A DNA stretch of 64,000 nt, from the IMG/VR virus record IMGVR_UViG_3300042901_002340. One strand, 5' to 3'. Below the pieces are notes generated by a model. That model had not been told where the DNA came from and did no database searches. It saw nothing but the letters and a program-made list of their open reading frames with translations. The position numbers and the translations under genes were made by a program. The DNA comes from a virus (lineage: Duplodnaviria; Heunggongvirae; Uroviricota; Caudoviricetes). This document shows, piece by piece, positions 45,153 through 54,753 of the stretch. How positions within the stretch are numbered: the stretch's first letter is position 1; each line of letters opens with the position of its first letter.

Positions 45153-46338
45153 CAGAATCTAAATCTTCATCATCAAGATCATCTCCCAATGTACCGAGTA
45201 ATTCAGAATGGTCTGCAAGATCGGGAAATTTGAATTTATCCTGTATAACTTTATTATCGAGCATCTCTAAAACCTCCTGCGTAAATACTTTCTCGGTAAA
45301 TAGTTCAGTAGAAGCAACGGTTTTACCCAGATGTCTAACCCCCCATCTTGTTGAGGATGCGCTTGGTTTAAATACCATCTCTTTTTTACCCTCTAGATTC
45401 TTAACTTCCTCGAATTTACCTCTTTCTATACCACAAACTTCCCAAGAAACATAATCTTGTAAACCAACATACGGATTCATACCATTGGAAAATGAAATAT
45501 GAAATTTTATAGGTTCGGGTATAGTAAATCTACTTTTCTTAAGTGTTGAAGTACAAACAATACCTGTTTTTGTACCAGCTCCGTCTTTCAATTGCGCTTT
45601 CGATAAAAATGCAACAACAGACATAGCGAAGATAGGTCCATCGCCACCAGAACTTTCCTTAGTCGGTATATAAGCACCGCCACCTGCATAAACGTGATTC
45701 GTACAGATAAGTGGGACTTTAGCAGCAGTAAGATCAAGAGTGATCACACGGAATAACTTTCTAAGCTCCTTAGCTTTAGCACCCATATCGGATGCATTAT
45801 GTCCTTTCATAGCATCAGCAAGTTCTTTGTCTGTGCTTAACATCCCAAGTGAATCCAAAACAATAAGAATTTTTGGACTTTCACCATTAGCTTTGGACTT
45901 CTTAACCATGTCAAGAACGTTTGAAACAAACGTTTGAAACTGAGACACAGTCTGTATTGGTTGATAACGGATCTTATTCATATCGATACCAAATTTAACA
46001 GCTCCTGATTTATCAATAGCTCCTTCAGTATCACAATAGATAACATCATATCCGATCTTTTGTGCTTCTCTAACCACATTTAGACAGAAGAATGATTTGC
46101 CTGTACCGGGATCACCCATTACTCCGAAAGATCTTGAATTAGGAACTCCTCCAAATAAGGATCCAGAAATTTGTGCATTCAATAAATAATTACCGGTGGG
46201 TATCCATTCATCGACTTCACTAAAAGTATTGGTTGCTAGTATCGATCCAGTTTCGAATCCTGAGATTTTAGATAATGCTTTGTCCATGTTCATAAAGGAG
46301 AAACCAGACGATGATTTTGTTGTTGTAGCTTTAGCCAT
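45139..46338 (-). CDS. uvsX: RecA-like recombinase UvsX
   Basis: GDPGTGKS, DTEGA, LDSLG, TNHVY, SGG, KSRF. Confidence 0.93.
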   Translation of the reverse strand: MAKATTTKSSSGFSFMNMDKALSKISGFETGSILATNTFSEVDEWIPTGNYLLNAQISGSLFGGVPNSRSFGVMGDPGTGKSFFCLNVVREAQKIGYDVIYCDTEGAIDKSGAVKFGIDMNKIRYQPIQTVSQFQTFVSNVLDMVKKSKANGESPKILIVLDSLGMLSTDKELADAMKGHNASDMGAKAKELRKLFRVITLDLTAAKVPLICTNHVYAGGGAYIPTKESSGGDGPIFAMSVVAFLSKAQLKDGAGTKTGIVCTSTLKKSRFTIPEPIKFHISFSNGMNPYVGLQDYVSWEVCGIERGKFEEVKNLEGKKEMVFKPSASSTRWGVRHLGKTVASTELFTEKVFTQEVLEMLDNKVIQDKFKFPDLADHSELLGTLGDDLDDEDLDSDGEE

Positions 46339-46547
46339 ATTACATTAATATTTTTATCTATTATAATATGGAAAATCTTATCTTTTGTTTCTTTTTTAAA
46401 TGAATTATTAAGATTAGGGTTCTTATTCTATTTAAAAATTGGGACCTATGATTAGGGGTTTGTAGATATAATAAAATTAAAGTTTGGGCTCTAAGATGTA
46501 TTAGATAAGTAATAGATTCTTCACCAGGGGGAAAATTAAGATAATTA

Positions 46548-46575
46548 TCTTACGGGGTATTTTCTTTTTTGTTTC
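46548..46575 (-). promoter_or_regulatory. Putative middle promoter GAAAC-N17-GTAAGA
   Basis: Class-2 spacing; about 210 nt upstream of uvsX. Confidence 0.6.
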
Positions 46576-46611
46576 TTTTTTTTAACTCTTTAACAAAACT
46601 TTAACGTTTAC

Positions 46612-47625
46612 CTAAATCTTTAGAGGTTTTACTGGTAATAATAATTCTTTTATCTTTTTTTGGTTTTTTACCATTCTATCAGTATCCCTTTGTAATTCTT
46701 TAAATCCCTCCTTTGTTTTTACCTGGTATTTCTTTTTTGTTACTGCTCTAACGACCTCTGCAGCTTCCTCTGCACACGGATCATCCTTTTCGGACCAAAT
46801 ATCCTCCGTTGACGTTTCAATCTGTAATTTTCTTAGATCTTTCCTGAATTTCTGAACTACTGCGGGTAAGTTTTTTTCTGCCTCTCTATCTATTAGTTGT
46901 TCTTGCTCACCTCCTGGTTTGGGTAATCTGATCTCTTCTGTGTCTGCTTCTCCATTAACATATTTTCCAAGTTGTTTTAAACCTCTTCTGAGAACCTTAT
47001 CTACATCCTTTTCAGCTATTTTTCTATCCATTTCATCGGCTTTTGAAATTTCACTTAATATTGCTGTTGCTTTGATTACTAACTGATTACCAGTTGAAAG
47101 ATATTCATTTGATTCGAATCCTTCGTTATGTTTTCCTAAAAACTCCCTGCACCATTTATCAAGAACACCCCCACCTCCTACTGGTATTATCTGCTTCAAC
47201 TTTTCTGATATCTCGTCTAGTTGTTTCTTTCTTCCTGCTGACAATCCGCCATCTTTTTCATAGTTCGACTTATTTGTCATATCTCCACCTCCAGCTTCAC
47301 TAATTATCGACTGTACAGTTTTTATCGACTGTTGTAGGAATGATATCATATCGCTACCTGATTCTAAAGCCCTTTTACGTAAATCTGTTCCTTCGAGACT
47401 TCTAAGAACACTGTCTATCGTATTTGCTGCATCAAAAATCATGCTTTGTAATATTTCAGCTCTATATAATTGATCCTGAACCTGTGTATTATATGCTGGA
47501 TCTTCTTTCTTGCCTAGTACTGTTCCGCTAAGAGCACCTTTACCAACACCACCTGTCCATTGTCTTGCTCTATTTAACCAAGATCCGAAGCTTTCGTTTA
47601 TTATATTTTCTCTATTATTAGACAT
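46612..47625 (-). CDS. Hypothetical helical (internal head) protein
   Basis: IINES N-terminal motif; late operon. Confidence 0.6.
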   Translation of the reverse strand: MSNNRENIINESFGSWLNRARQWTGGVGKGALSGTVLGKKEDPAYNTQVQDQLYRAEILQSMIFDAANTIDSVLRSLEGTDLRKRALESGSDMISFLQQSIKTVQSIISEAGGGDMTNKSNYEKDGGLSAGRKKQLDEISEKLKQIIPVGGGGVLDKWCREFLGKHNEGFESNEYLSTGNQLVIKATAILSEISKADEMDRKIAEKDVDKVLRRGLKQLGKYVNGEADTEEIRLPKPGGEQEQLIDREAEKNLPAVVQKFRKDLRKLQIETSTEDIWSEKDDPCAEEAAEVVRAVTKKKYQVKTKEGFKELQRDTDRMVKNQKKIKELLLPVKPLKI

Positions 47626-48348
47626 TTACTTTTTACCTAGTATGTTTTTAGCGCTATCTGTTATAATGTCCAGATATTTTTTAGCTGTTGTTTTATTTTC
47701 GTCAGATTCTGATTCCATGTTTTGTAAGCATAATAATGCTCCCTGCTTATAAACTTTTATCGCCTGCATATAATAATCAAGAACTTGACCAATCTTCATG
47801 TAATATAAACCCCTGGATTTGTCTAGCTGTGAATTTACTTCCATTCTCAACTGTTTAGCCTCCTCCTCATATTGGGAATCTGTTATCTTTTTGGTGTCTT
47901 GTTTTGATTTTAATTCCTGCATATTTTTTTTAAATGCATCAAGTACCACGCCTTCGGGATCAAATGCATTCAATGATGATAGTTGGCCCTTGGATGAATT
48001 TTTCCAATCCCCACCAACGTAGTCACTTATCTTTTCAATCTCGTTCCACAATTTCTTATGTGATTCGTATGTTGGTTTTATATTTCCAATTAGAGCAACT
48101 ATTCTATTTGCTGCAGTACTTCCTTTATCTGGATTTATAGGAGCTACATTGGTAGACATACTATTTAGTACCGTTGATGCCTGTGTTAAAAATATGGTAT
48201 ACAATCCAGCTGAGTCGTCACCTGTATCTTGTTTAGGTATATCCATATTATCCCTATAAGGATCTCCTGTTTTTGACGGGGTGTTCTGTTCTACTGGATC
48301 TCCTTTTTTCTCATAGATTCTAAAATCGTGAAAGCTTTTTATTTTCAT
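47626..48348 (-). CDS. Hypothetical helical (internal head) protein
   Basis: [14 protein letters not shown]-terminus. Confidence 0.6.
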   Translation of the reverse strand: MKIKSFHDFRIYEKKGDPVEQNTPSKTGDPYRDNMDIPKQDTGDDSAGLYTIFLTQASTVLNSMSTNVAPINPDKGSTAANRIVALIGNIKPTYESHKKLWNEIEKISDYVGGDWKNSSKGQLSSLNAFDPEGVVLDAFKKNMQELKSKQDTKKITDSQYEEEAKQLRMEVNSQLDKSRGLYYMKIGQVLDYYMQAIKVYKQGALLCLQNMESESDENKTTAKKYLDIITDSAKNILGKK

Positions 48349-49772
48349 TATTTTACCTTTCCGCTAACTATATCTTGTATTTTAGCTTGTATTTTTGGGT
48401 CTGTCCAGTTTTTTACCATTGTTTGAAATTCAGAAGTTAGTTTTTTACCATCTTCCGTTGATTTAATAAGATCATCGCCAGTGCTTCCACCGATTATTTT
48501 TGCAGTTCTTCTTATTGCCTCTTCTGTATTCTTACCATATCCTCCATCAGCTTTTATTTTCTGACCCTCCGGAAGTATTTTATTTAATTCGTTTTGAAAA
48601 TCCTTAATTGTCTGATAATTAGGTCCGCTTTTTTTAAGATTTTCCTTCTCAACATTACCAGATTTTATTTCTTTAGGACCTTCTCCCTCTTTTTCTTCTG
48701 GTTTTTTCTCTTCCTCTTTCTTCTTAGCTTCGTCCTCTTTCTTCTTAGCTTCAGCAGCAGCTTGTTTATTAACAAGTTCCATTGCTTTTGTTTTAATCTC
48801 TTTAGCCTTACCTTCGACAGAAGTAAGACTATCTGTTACTTCCTTATCGATTTTAAGCTGGGCTGTAAATTTACCAGTTGCATCATTCATTGCTACTTGG
48901 ATCTTGTCAACTTCTCCGGGAATAGCTTCTAATCTATCCTTTCTTTCTCTCCTCTTCATTTTATCCCATGTATCATCTTTAGATAACTCATCGGCTAATT
49001 TATTCATTGAAGCATAAGCTGTTTGAGCTGCTTGCTTATAACTGCTATCCATTGTTGTGTCTGCAATTGTTTTAAATTGTGACATTTTTGGGGTTATAAT
49101 TGTGCTAAGTAACTCAGCTCTTCTTTCTGGGAATAGATTCTTGTCAAATAATCCTTCGTTTATTCTCTTATTTGAATTTACCCAATCTTGAAAAGATTCT
49201 CTAACAGGGGCTTTTGCTTTTTTAAGTTCAGCAGCAAGCTCAGTTACATATTTATTAATAGAAGCATCTATTCTTTTATTGATTCCATCTAATGATTTTT
49301 TACCCTCCTCTGATGTCACCAATGTGGTGTAAGCTTTCTTTAGATCGTCGCTAAATCCTTTAACATCACCTCCTATTTGTCCTTTATAGTCACCATTAAG
49401 TTTTTGTGATACTTTATTAAGAACCTCGGCCATAGTGTCGCCTTTTTTAGTTGCATCAGTTTGTTGTGATACACTTTGAAGATCTGCAACTACATCGGAA
49501 TAACCACCATCTATACCAGAAACTAATATAAAGTAGATATCAACAAAAGCATTATATAATTGGTCAGCTACAGAAGTTGCAGCTGTTGGTTTCGTTGAAT
49601 CCTCTTTCTTTTCCGCTGGTGCAGGTGTAGTTGGAGCTGGTGTGCTTCCCGCAGCTGGTGCAGGTGTAGTTGGAGCTGGTGTGCTTCCCGCAGCTGGTGC
49701 AGGTGTAGTTGGAGCTGGTGGATCTGCTTCGAATATTTTACTATATCCACTAAAATCTAATACTCTTTTCAT
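48348..49772 (-). CDS. Hypothetical internal head protein with PAPT repeats and C-terminal peptidoglycan-binding-like domain
   Basis: [15 protein letters not shown]; IKDFQNELN...[14 protein letters not shown] (DGxxGxxT); GATATATA at 49797-49804. Confidence 0.6.
   Translation of the reverse strand: MKRVLDFSGYSKIFEADPPAPTTPAPAAGSTPAPTTPAPAAGSTPAPTTPAPAEKKEDSTKPTAATSVADQLYNAFVDIYFILVSGIDGGYSDVVADLQSVSQQTDATKKGDTMAEVLNKVSQKLNGDYKGQIGGDVKGFSDDLKKAYTTLVTSEEGKKSLDGINKRIDASINKYVTELAAELKKAKAPVRESFQDWVNSNKRINEGLFDKNLFPERRAELLSTIITPKMSQFKTIADTTMDSSYKQAAQTAYASMNKLADELSKDDTWDKMKRRERKDRLEAIPGEVDKIQVAMNDATGKFTAQLKIDKEVTDSLTSVEGKAKEIKTKAMELVNKQAAAEAKKKEDEAKKKEEEKKPEEKEGEGPKEIKSGNVEKENLKKSGPNYQTIKDFQNELNKILPEGQKIKADGGYGKNTEEAIRRTAKIIGGSTGDDLIKSTEDGKKLTSEFQTMVKNWTDPKIQAKIQDIVSGKVK
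49615..49720. repeat. About 2.7 perfect 39-bp tandem repeats ([13 protein letters not shown])
   Basis: gctggtgcaggtgtagttggagctggtgtgcttcccgca repeated. Confidence 0.95.
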
Positions 49773-49859
49773 ATTGTTTTGATATAAATTTTATTGTATA
49801 TATCAAACAAAAAAACCATAACTAGAAGCTATGGTAATAATTGGAATATTATGCTGATT

Positions 49860-50843
49860 TTATTTGGAATAGTGGGATATCCAATGATCTATCATCTCAT
49901 CCAGCATGGATTCAAAAGTGTATTTAGGTTGCCATCCGGTTTCTTTTCTAAGCTTTGTTGAGTCTCCTTTTAGATCCTCCAGTTCTTCAGGTCTTAGAAA
50001 TTTAGGATCCGTTTCTATAAACTCATTCCAATCAAGATTGAGTTTTCTGAATACGTACTCCACAAGATCTTGAACTGAATGGGATACACCGGTTGAACAA
50101 ACATAATCTCCGGATTTCCCCTGTTGTAACATAATCCACATTGCTTCAACATAATCCTTTGCATGTCCCCAATCTCTAGTCGCATTTAGATTGCCTAAAA
50201 CGAGCTTTTTTTCCAAACCCATATAAATCCTTACCGCGGTCTTGACAACCTTGTTTGTGACAAAATTCGTGCCTCTACGGGGTGATTCGTGATTGAATAG
50301 AATACCATTGCTTATGAACATTCCGTATGAATTTCTATAATTCCTGCATATGTTGTAGGAGAAAACTTTCGCGCACCCGTAAGGAGAAACTGGATTCATT
50401 GGGGTTGTCTCCCTTTGGTATCCATCTTCGTCTATAGAATTACCAAACATCTCCGATGAGGAAGCTTGATATATTTTTATTTTTGAATTGTGTAGCCTTA
50501 TGGCTTCTAATAGATTTAATGTGCCTATACCTGTTGCCTGTGCAGTATAAACTGGTTGATCGAATGATATTCTAACATGAGATTGTGCAGCTAAATTATA
50601 AACCTCCGAGGGATCGGATATTTTTAATGCATGTAACAAGGACGGCACATCCAAAAGATCTGCATATATCAGATTATCTTTTATCTTATTGTATATCGAA
50701 TCAAGTCTTGCTGTTTGGTTTTCTGATACTGAGTTTCTTTTGATAGTTCCAAATACCTCGTAACCTTTTTCTATTAGAAATTCCGCAAGATAACTACCAT
50801 CCTGGCCATTAATTCCCGTTATTAGTGCTCTTCTTTTTTCCAT
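49860..50843 (-). CDS. gmd: GDP-mannose 4,6-dehydratase
   Basis: ALITGINGQDGSYLAE, NLAAQSHV, YQASSSE, SPYGCAK, LFNHESPRRG, RDWGHAKDYV. Confidence 0.97.
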   Translation of the reverse strand: MEKRRALITGINGQDGSYLAEFLIEKGYEVFGTIKRNSVSENQTARLDSIYNKIKDNLIYADLLDVPSLLHALKISDPSEVYNLAAQSHVRISFDQPVYTAQATGIGTLNLLEAIRLHNSKIKIYQASSSEMFGNSIDEDGYQRETTPMNPVSPYGCAKVFSYNICRNYRNSYGMFISNGILFNHESPRRGTNFVTNKVVKTAVRIYMGLEKKLVLGNLNATRDWGHAKDYVEAMWIMLQQGKSGDYVCSTGVSHSVQDLVEYVFRKLNLDWNEFIETDPKFLRPEELEDLKGDSTKLRKETGWQPKYTFESMLDEMIDHWISHYSK

Positions 50844-50848
50844 GTATA

Positions 50849-51775
50849 TTATAGTCTAACTTTTGGATAGTTTTCATTAAACCAAGAGATTGATTTTTTA
50901 AGTCCATCCCTTATTGGTGTGAATTCAAAATCAGGAAACATTTCTCTAATTACTGAATTGTCGCTTGGTTTTCTATACTGACCATCTGGTTTGGTTTTAT
51001 CAAATATAATATTCCCATCATATTCCATTAAATCAGCAATGATTTCAACTACTGCACCTATTGATATTTCTTCAGATGTAGATAAAATTACTGGATCGGA
51101 TCCATCATAATTATCATATAAGAGCCTTGTTAATTTTGCAACATCTTCAGAAAATATAAATTCCCTTAGTGGTGTACCTGATCCCCATACTTTAAATTCT
51201 GTATTATTCTTTTTAGCTAGATACATTTTATGTATTAGCATAGGTATAACGTGTCCGGATTCTAAGTTATAATTATCCGCTGGTCCATATATGTTGCACG
51301 GTATTACACTAAAGTAATTTACTCCGTATTGCTCCTTATATGCTCTTATTTGAACTTCTGCCATTCTTTTCGCGTATGCGTATGCGTAATTAGATGGATG
51401 TGGTGGACCAAGATGTATTTTATCCGGTGTTAATGGGTATTCCACATTGTCTGGAAAAACACAGGTTGAAAGGAATGCAACAAATTTGTTTATTCCGAAT
51501 TTTCTTGCTGATTCTATTATTGCGGTATTCATGGATATATTTTCATAGAAGAATTTACCCTGTCCGTTCATATTACCCTGTATTCCACCAACCCTTGCTG
51601 CACAATGTATAATACCATCTGATAATTCTCCATTTTTCTCCGACCATTTAAAATGATCATCTATGTATTTTTGATTGATAAGATTTAGATCTGCTGATCC
51701 TAGTCTCTCGTATTCCTCCCCCTTAAATTGAGAACCAACCAGACCATAAGCACCTGTTACTAATATCTTTTTCAT
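50849..51775 (-). CDS. fcl: GDP-L-fucose synthase
   Basis: GLVGS, AARVGGI, LSTCVFP, YAYAKR, PCNIYGP, HVIP, WGSGTPLREF, KPDG. Confidence 0.95.
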   Translation of the reverse strand: MKKILVTGAYGLVGSQFKGEEYERLGSADLNLINQKYIDDHFKWSEKNGELSDGIIHCAARVGGIQGNMNGQGKFFYENISMNTAIIESARKFGINKFVAFLSTCVFPDNVEYPLTPDKIHLGPPHPSNYAYAYAKRMAEVQIRAYKEQYGVNYFSVIPCNIYGPADNYNLESGHVIPMLIHKMYLAKKNNTEFKVWGSGTPLREFIFSEDVAKLTRLLYDNYDGSDPVILSTSEEISIGAVVEIIADLMEYDGNIIFDKTKPDGQYRKPSDNSVIREMFPDFEFTPIRDGLKKSISWFNENYPKVRL

Positions 51776-52590
51776 TATATCATGTTTTTATATTTTTTTA
51801 CATATTCCTGGTTATTATAATATTCCAAGGTTTCATGTGTACTCAATGTCTCTAGATGGTTATAAATGTCCCAATTTTCTCTGAAAAAATTATTAGCAGG
51901 ACTGCTGTCATCCCCTCTATGATGTTCCAAATGGTAAACCATAAAACTATCAATCCATCTAACATTCAGCCCAAGTTTAACAAATCTCTTTCCTCTTTCT
52001 TTATCTTCAGGACCATAAGATACAAAATTCTCATTTTCCCCTCCGTATGCTCTATATGATTTTGTGTTAAAGAATATACAATGCCCATATTCTGTGTAAT
52101 AATCAGAAAACAGTGAAGGGTCCGAATCTATATAATTAAGATCCAAATTATTATCGAATAGATTGGAATGTATATTTGATGTCTGTAAAACCGTTCTCTG
52201 AGTCATTCCACCAAAAGAATATGGATATAAAACATCAACCCCCTCATCTAATATCATTCTTACAGATTCTGTATAAACATCGGGCTTCATTATAACATCT
52301 ACATCGTAATTAGCAACGACTGGAGTTTTAACTTCATCCAACATTATGTTTAGATACTTTGTCCTATGAAATGCTTCTTCAGGTTTTTCTACCCAATGCT
52401 TTATTTCTATATTTTTTAGATCATCCAGAAAATCTAGTTTAGATTCACCCTCGGATATTTCATATATAAAAACATTTGTTGCGAAATTTTTATTTATGTA
52501 ACTCAATACTGTTTTTGCGTTATTATACCTGTCCGGATGTTCTACTAAAACAGGTATAATGATTGTGCAATTTTTTAAATCTCTAACCAT
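51775..52590 (-). CDS. GT-A glycosyltransferase (GT2/GT7 C-terminal type)
   Basis: TIIIPV, YDVDV, GGENENFVSYGPEDKER, YHLEH. Confidence 0.8.
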   Translation of the reverse strand: MVRDLKNCTIIIPVLVEHPDRYNNAKTVLSYINKNFATNVFIYEISEGESKLDFLDDLKNIEIKHWVEKPEEAFHRTKYLNIMLDEVKTPVVANYDVDVIMKPDVYTESVRMILDEGVDVLYPYSFGGMTQRTVLQTSNIHSNLFDNNLDLNYIDSDPSLFSDYYTEYGHCIFFNTKSYRAYGGENENFVSYGPEDKERGKRFVKLGLNVRWIDSFMVYHLEHHRGDDSSPANNFFRENWDIYNHLETLSTHETLEYYNNQEYVKKYKNMI

Positions 52591-53302
52591 TTCTTAATTC
52601 TCTTTTTTTATCCTCCCCGCCTTTATCTAGAAAAACTATCGTTGGACTAGCTATGTCTTCATATTCGCTGGGGCAAGAAAACCCAACACCTAATATCGAG
52701 TCTGGCGGGTTGTCCATGAAATATCTATTTATGTGTGATTCGTCATGCCAGATTGCTATTATCCCGTCATTAAGATCCAGATCTATGTTTTCTTTAATTT
52801 TTTCTGACATTGTTATAAATGAATTGGAGTCAGCTCCAAAAAATCCTCCGCAAAAATAATGTTTATTTTTTCCCCTTTCTATAAATGCTCTTGATCTTGG
52901 ATTTAATTCTGGTGTTCCTAGTGGATTCCATTTTTCTATAAGTACAAATCCTGGATGTAATGTTCCTATTAATCCAAAATCTCTTTTTATTATATTTGAT
53001 AAGGGAAGTGGTTTTCTAAATATGCTATCGACATCTATATAGAATGAAAAATCAGATTCCAATATTTCTTTTTTTGCGGATAGGAAATAATGGAATCTTT
53101 TAAGTGTTGGCATAGGCCATGGTTCATTATCTATATGTACTTTTTTAATATCCGATGAATCAAAATCCTGGTCTGAATTGGTATACACTATAAAGATTAA
53201 TTCACAGTCATTAACAAACATATTTCTTGCTGATTCTATTATATCATCCAGAAATACTGTGTAATTATTAGTTGCTATGAGGTTTAATGTAACTTTTTTC
53301 AT
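52583..53302 (-). CDS. GT6 alpha-1,3-Gal/GalNAc transferase (ABO-like)
   Basis: IATNNY, WPMPTLKRF, IDVD, HPG, YFCGGFFG, AIWHDESHINRYF. Confidence 0.9.
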   Translation of the reverse strand: MKKVTLNLIATNNYTVFLDDIIESARNMFVNDCELIFIVYTNSDQDFDSSDIKKVHIDNEPWPMPTLKRFHYFLSAKKEILESDFSFYIDVDSIFRKPLPLSNIIKRDFGLIGTLHPGFVLIEKWNPLGTPELNPRSRAFIERGKNKHYFCGGFFGADSNSFITMSEKIKENIDLDLNDGIIAIWHDESHINRYFMDNPPDSILGVGFSCPSEYEDIASPTIVFLDKGGEDKKRELRNG

Positions 53303-53350
53303 TCACTTTTTAATTTTATAGTAAGAAACACTTTAATTATTTCCCGACCG

Positions 53351-53785
53351 TTAATATTTAGCTATAAAATCACTACATATACCAATACATAGATTTAATT
53401 GGTCGTCGTTTATTTCCGGCATAACTGCAATACTTTTATCTATTGGTTGCTTTCCTGGATATGCCCATATATAATTTGTCGAAGTTAGAGTGATTGTATC
53501 TGTTTCGTGCCAAAAATAATTAAAATCATATTGTGTGATTTTAAAAAAAATAACAGCATCCATATTTTTACAATGTATCCATAATTTGGTCAATCTGTCT
53601 CTAAACCATCTAAAATCTACACCATATTGAGGTTTATCGTGACCTAGATATAAAACACCGTCAACATACCACACATCAACTTCAACATCAAAACCTTTAT
53701 TTATTGCTAAATCAATATATGTTGGTTCATTTTCCCATGATTCCATTGGACCATTCGTGTTTCCTCTGTGTGCAATCAGTATCAT
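53351..53785 (-). CDS. Short glycerophosphodiester phosphodiesterase-like protein
   Basis: IAHRGN, EN, DVEVDV, LGHD, WIHCKN, GICSD. Confidence 0.75.
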   Translation of the reverse strand: MILIAHRGNTNGPMESWENEPTYIDLAINKGFDVEVDVWYVDGVLYLGHDKPQYGVDFRWFRDRLTKLWIHCKNMDAVIFFKITQYDFNYFWHETDTITLTSTNYIWAYPGKQPIDKSIAVMPEINDDQLNLCIGICSDFIAKY

Positions 53786-54753
53786 ATCTTGTCGATTAAA
53801 TTTATTTTATAGTAACTCTCTACCTCCTTTTGGTGTGTTCTATCTGGCGTGTTTATTGTGTTGTATGCCATATGTAAACAAAATCCATTCCTTATAAAAA
53901 CCATATGAAGATCGTTTTTTTCCATGTATAAATTGAGTGGAACCTCGTCATAAGAATCCCTAAATAAGCTGGAATCCTCTATTATTTTTTTCCACGTTTC
54001 TGTTTTTATGAAATAGAAGCTATTACAGAAGTATGGAAATTTTAAAATCTCCATTCTGTATTCATTTTTTTCAAGTAATCTTTTTGGGTTTTTACAGATA
54101 TATTCTGCTAATTTATTATGAGCATCTATAGAAACTCTAACTGGATGTATCCCTTTGTAATGATGATTTATTTTTTTAACATCATTATAGAAATCTATTC
54201 CCCAAGTTTTTCTTTCTTTGTTCAGTACCTCATAATTTGCACCCCATAAATTCTCTATTCTAGTATCAATAAAAGTGGAATGTAGAGATTCTTTTTCATC
54301 CGTTGTACAAAAGTCTTCTATGAAAAGATCCACCGAAGGTATACCATTAGAAATAAGTGGTGCTATAAATAAATTTTTTTCGTTATTTAATATTTCTAAA
54401 TTATCTATTACATAATCCCACAAATATGAGGATATTAATATATCATCATCCATTGAGCATGAATATCTATATTCAGAATTTATTAGATATTTTATTTTAT
54501 TCAGATAATTTGTTCCGGTCTCGTCATTTTTATCCAAACATACATCTATTGAGGATAAACCGGAACTGATAAGTTCGGATGATTTTTCCTTCCATATTGA
54601 TGCTTCGTGATTATTAGAAAAACAAATAACTATAATAACTCCTGTCTTATTTTTTATTTTTTTTATTTCGTCTATTGCTCTAGTAGTGAAATCGAGACGA
54701 TCAGTATTATGTACTAGAATGTTTACTTGTAGAATTTTTTCTTCGTTAACCAT
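53782..54753 (-). CDS. Uncharacterised GT-A-fold glycosyltransferase, paralog 1
   Basis: SMDDDI DxD-type motif; GIPSV, YKGIHPVR, DEVPLN. Confidence 0.6.
   Translation of the reverse strand: MVNEEKILQVNILVHNTDRLDFTTRAIDEIKKIKNKTGVIIVICFSNNHEASIWKEKSSELISSGLSSIDVCLDKNDETGTNYLNKIKYLINSEYRYSCSMDDDILISSYLWDYVIDNLEILNNEKNLFIAPLISNGIPSVDLFIEDFCTTDEKESLHSTFIDTRIENLWGANYEVLNKERKTWGIDFYNDVKKINHHYKGIHPVRVSIDAHNKLAEYICKNPKRLLEKNEYRMEILKFPYFCNSFYFIKTETWKKIIEDSSLFRDSYDEVPLNLYMEKNDLHMVFIRNGFCLHMAYNTINTPDRTHQKEVESYYKINLIDKI

Noticed and set aside
32392-46338. Inteins or introns in terminase, helicase or UvsX
   Set aside because: Lengths and motif spacing are normal; no splice-junction or LAGLIDADG motifs seen.
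46339-46611. tRNA genes in intergenic gaps
   Set aside because: No cloverleaf or T-loop pattern recognised; a tRNAscan-SE run would be needed to exclude them fully.
25576-49750. Nested - strand ORFs 25576-25806, 41179-41382 and 49568-49750
   Set aside because: Alternate frames of larger genes; the last is simply the 39-bp repeat read in another frame.
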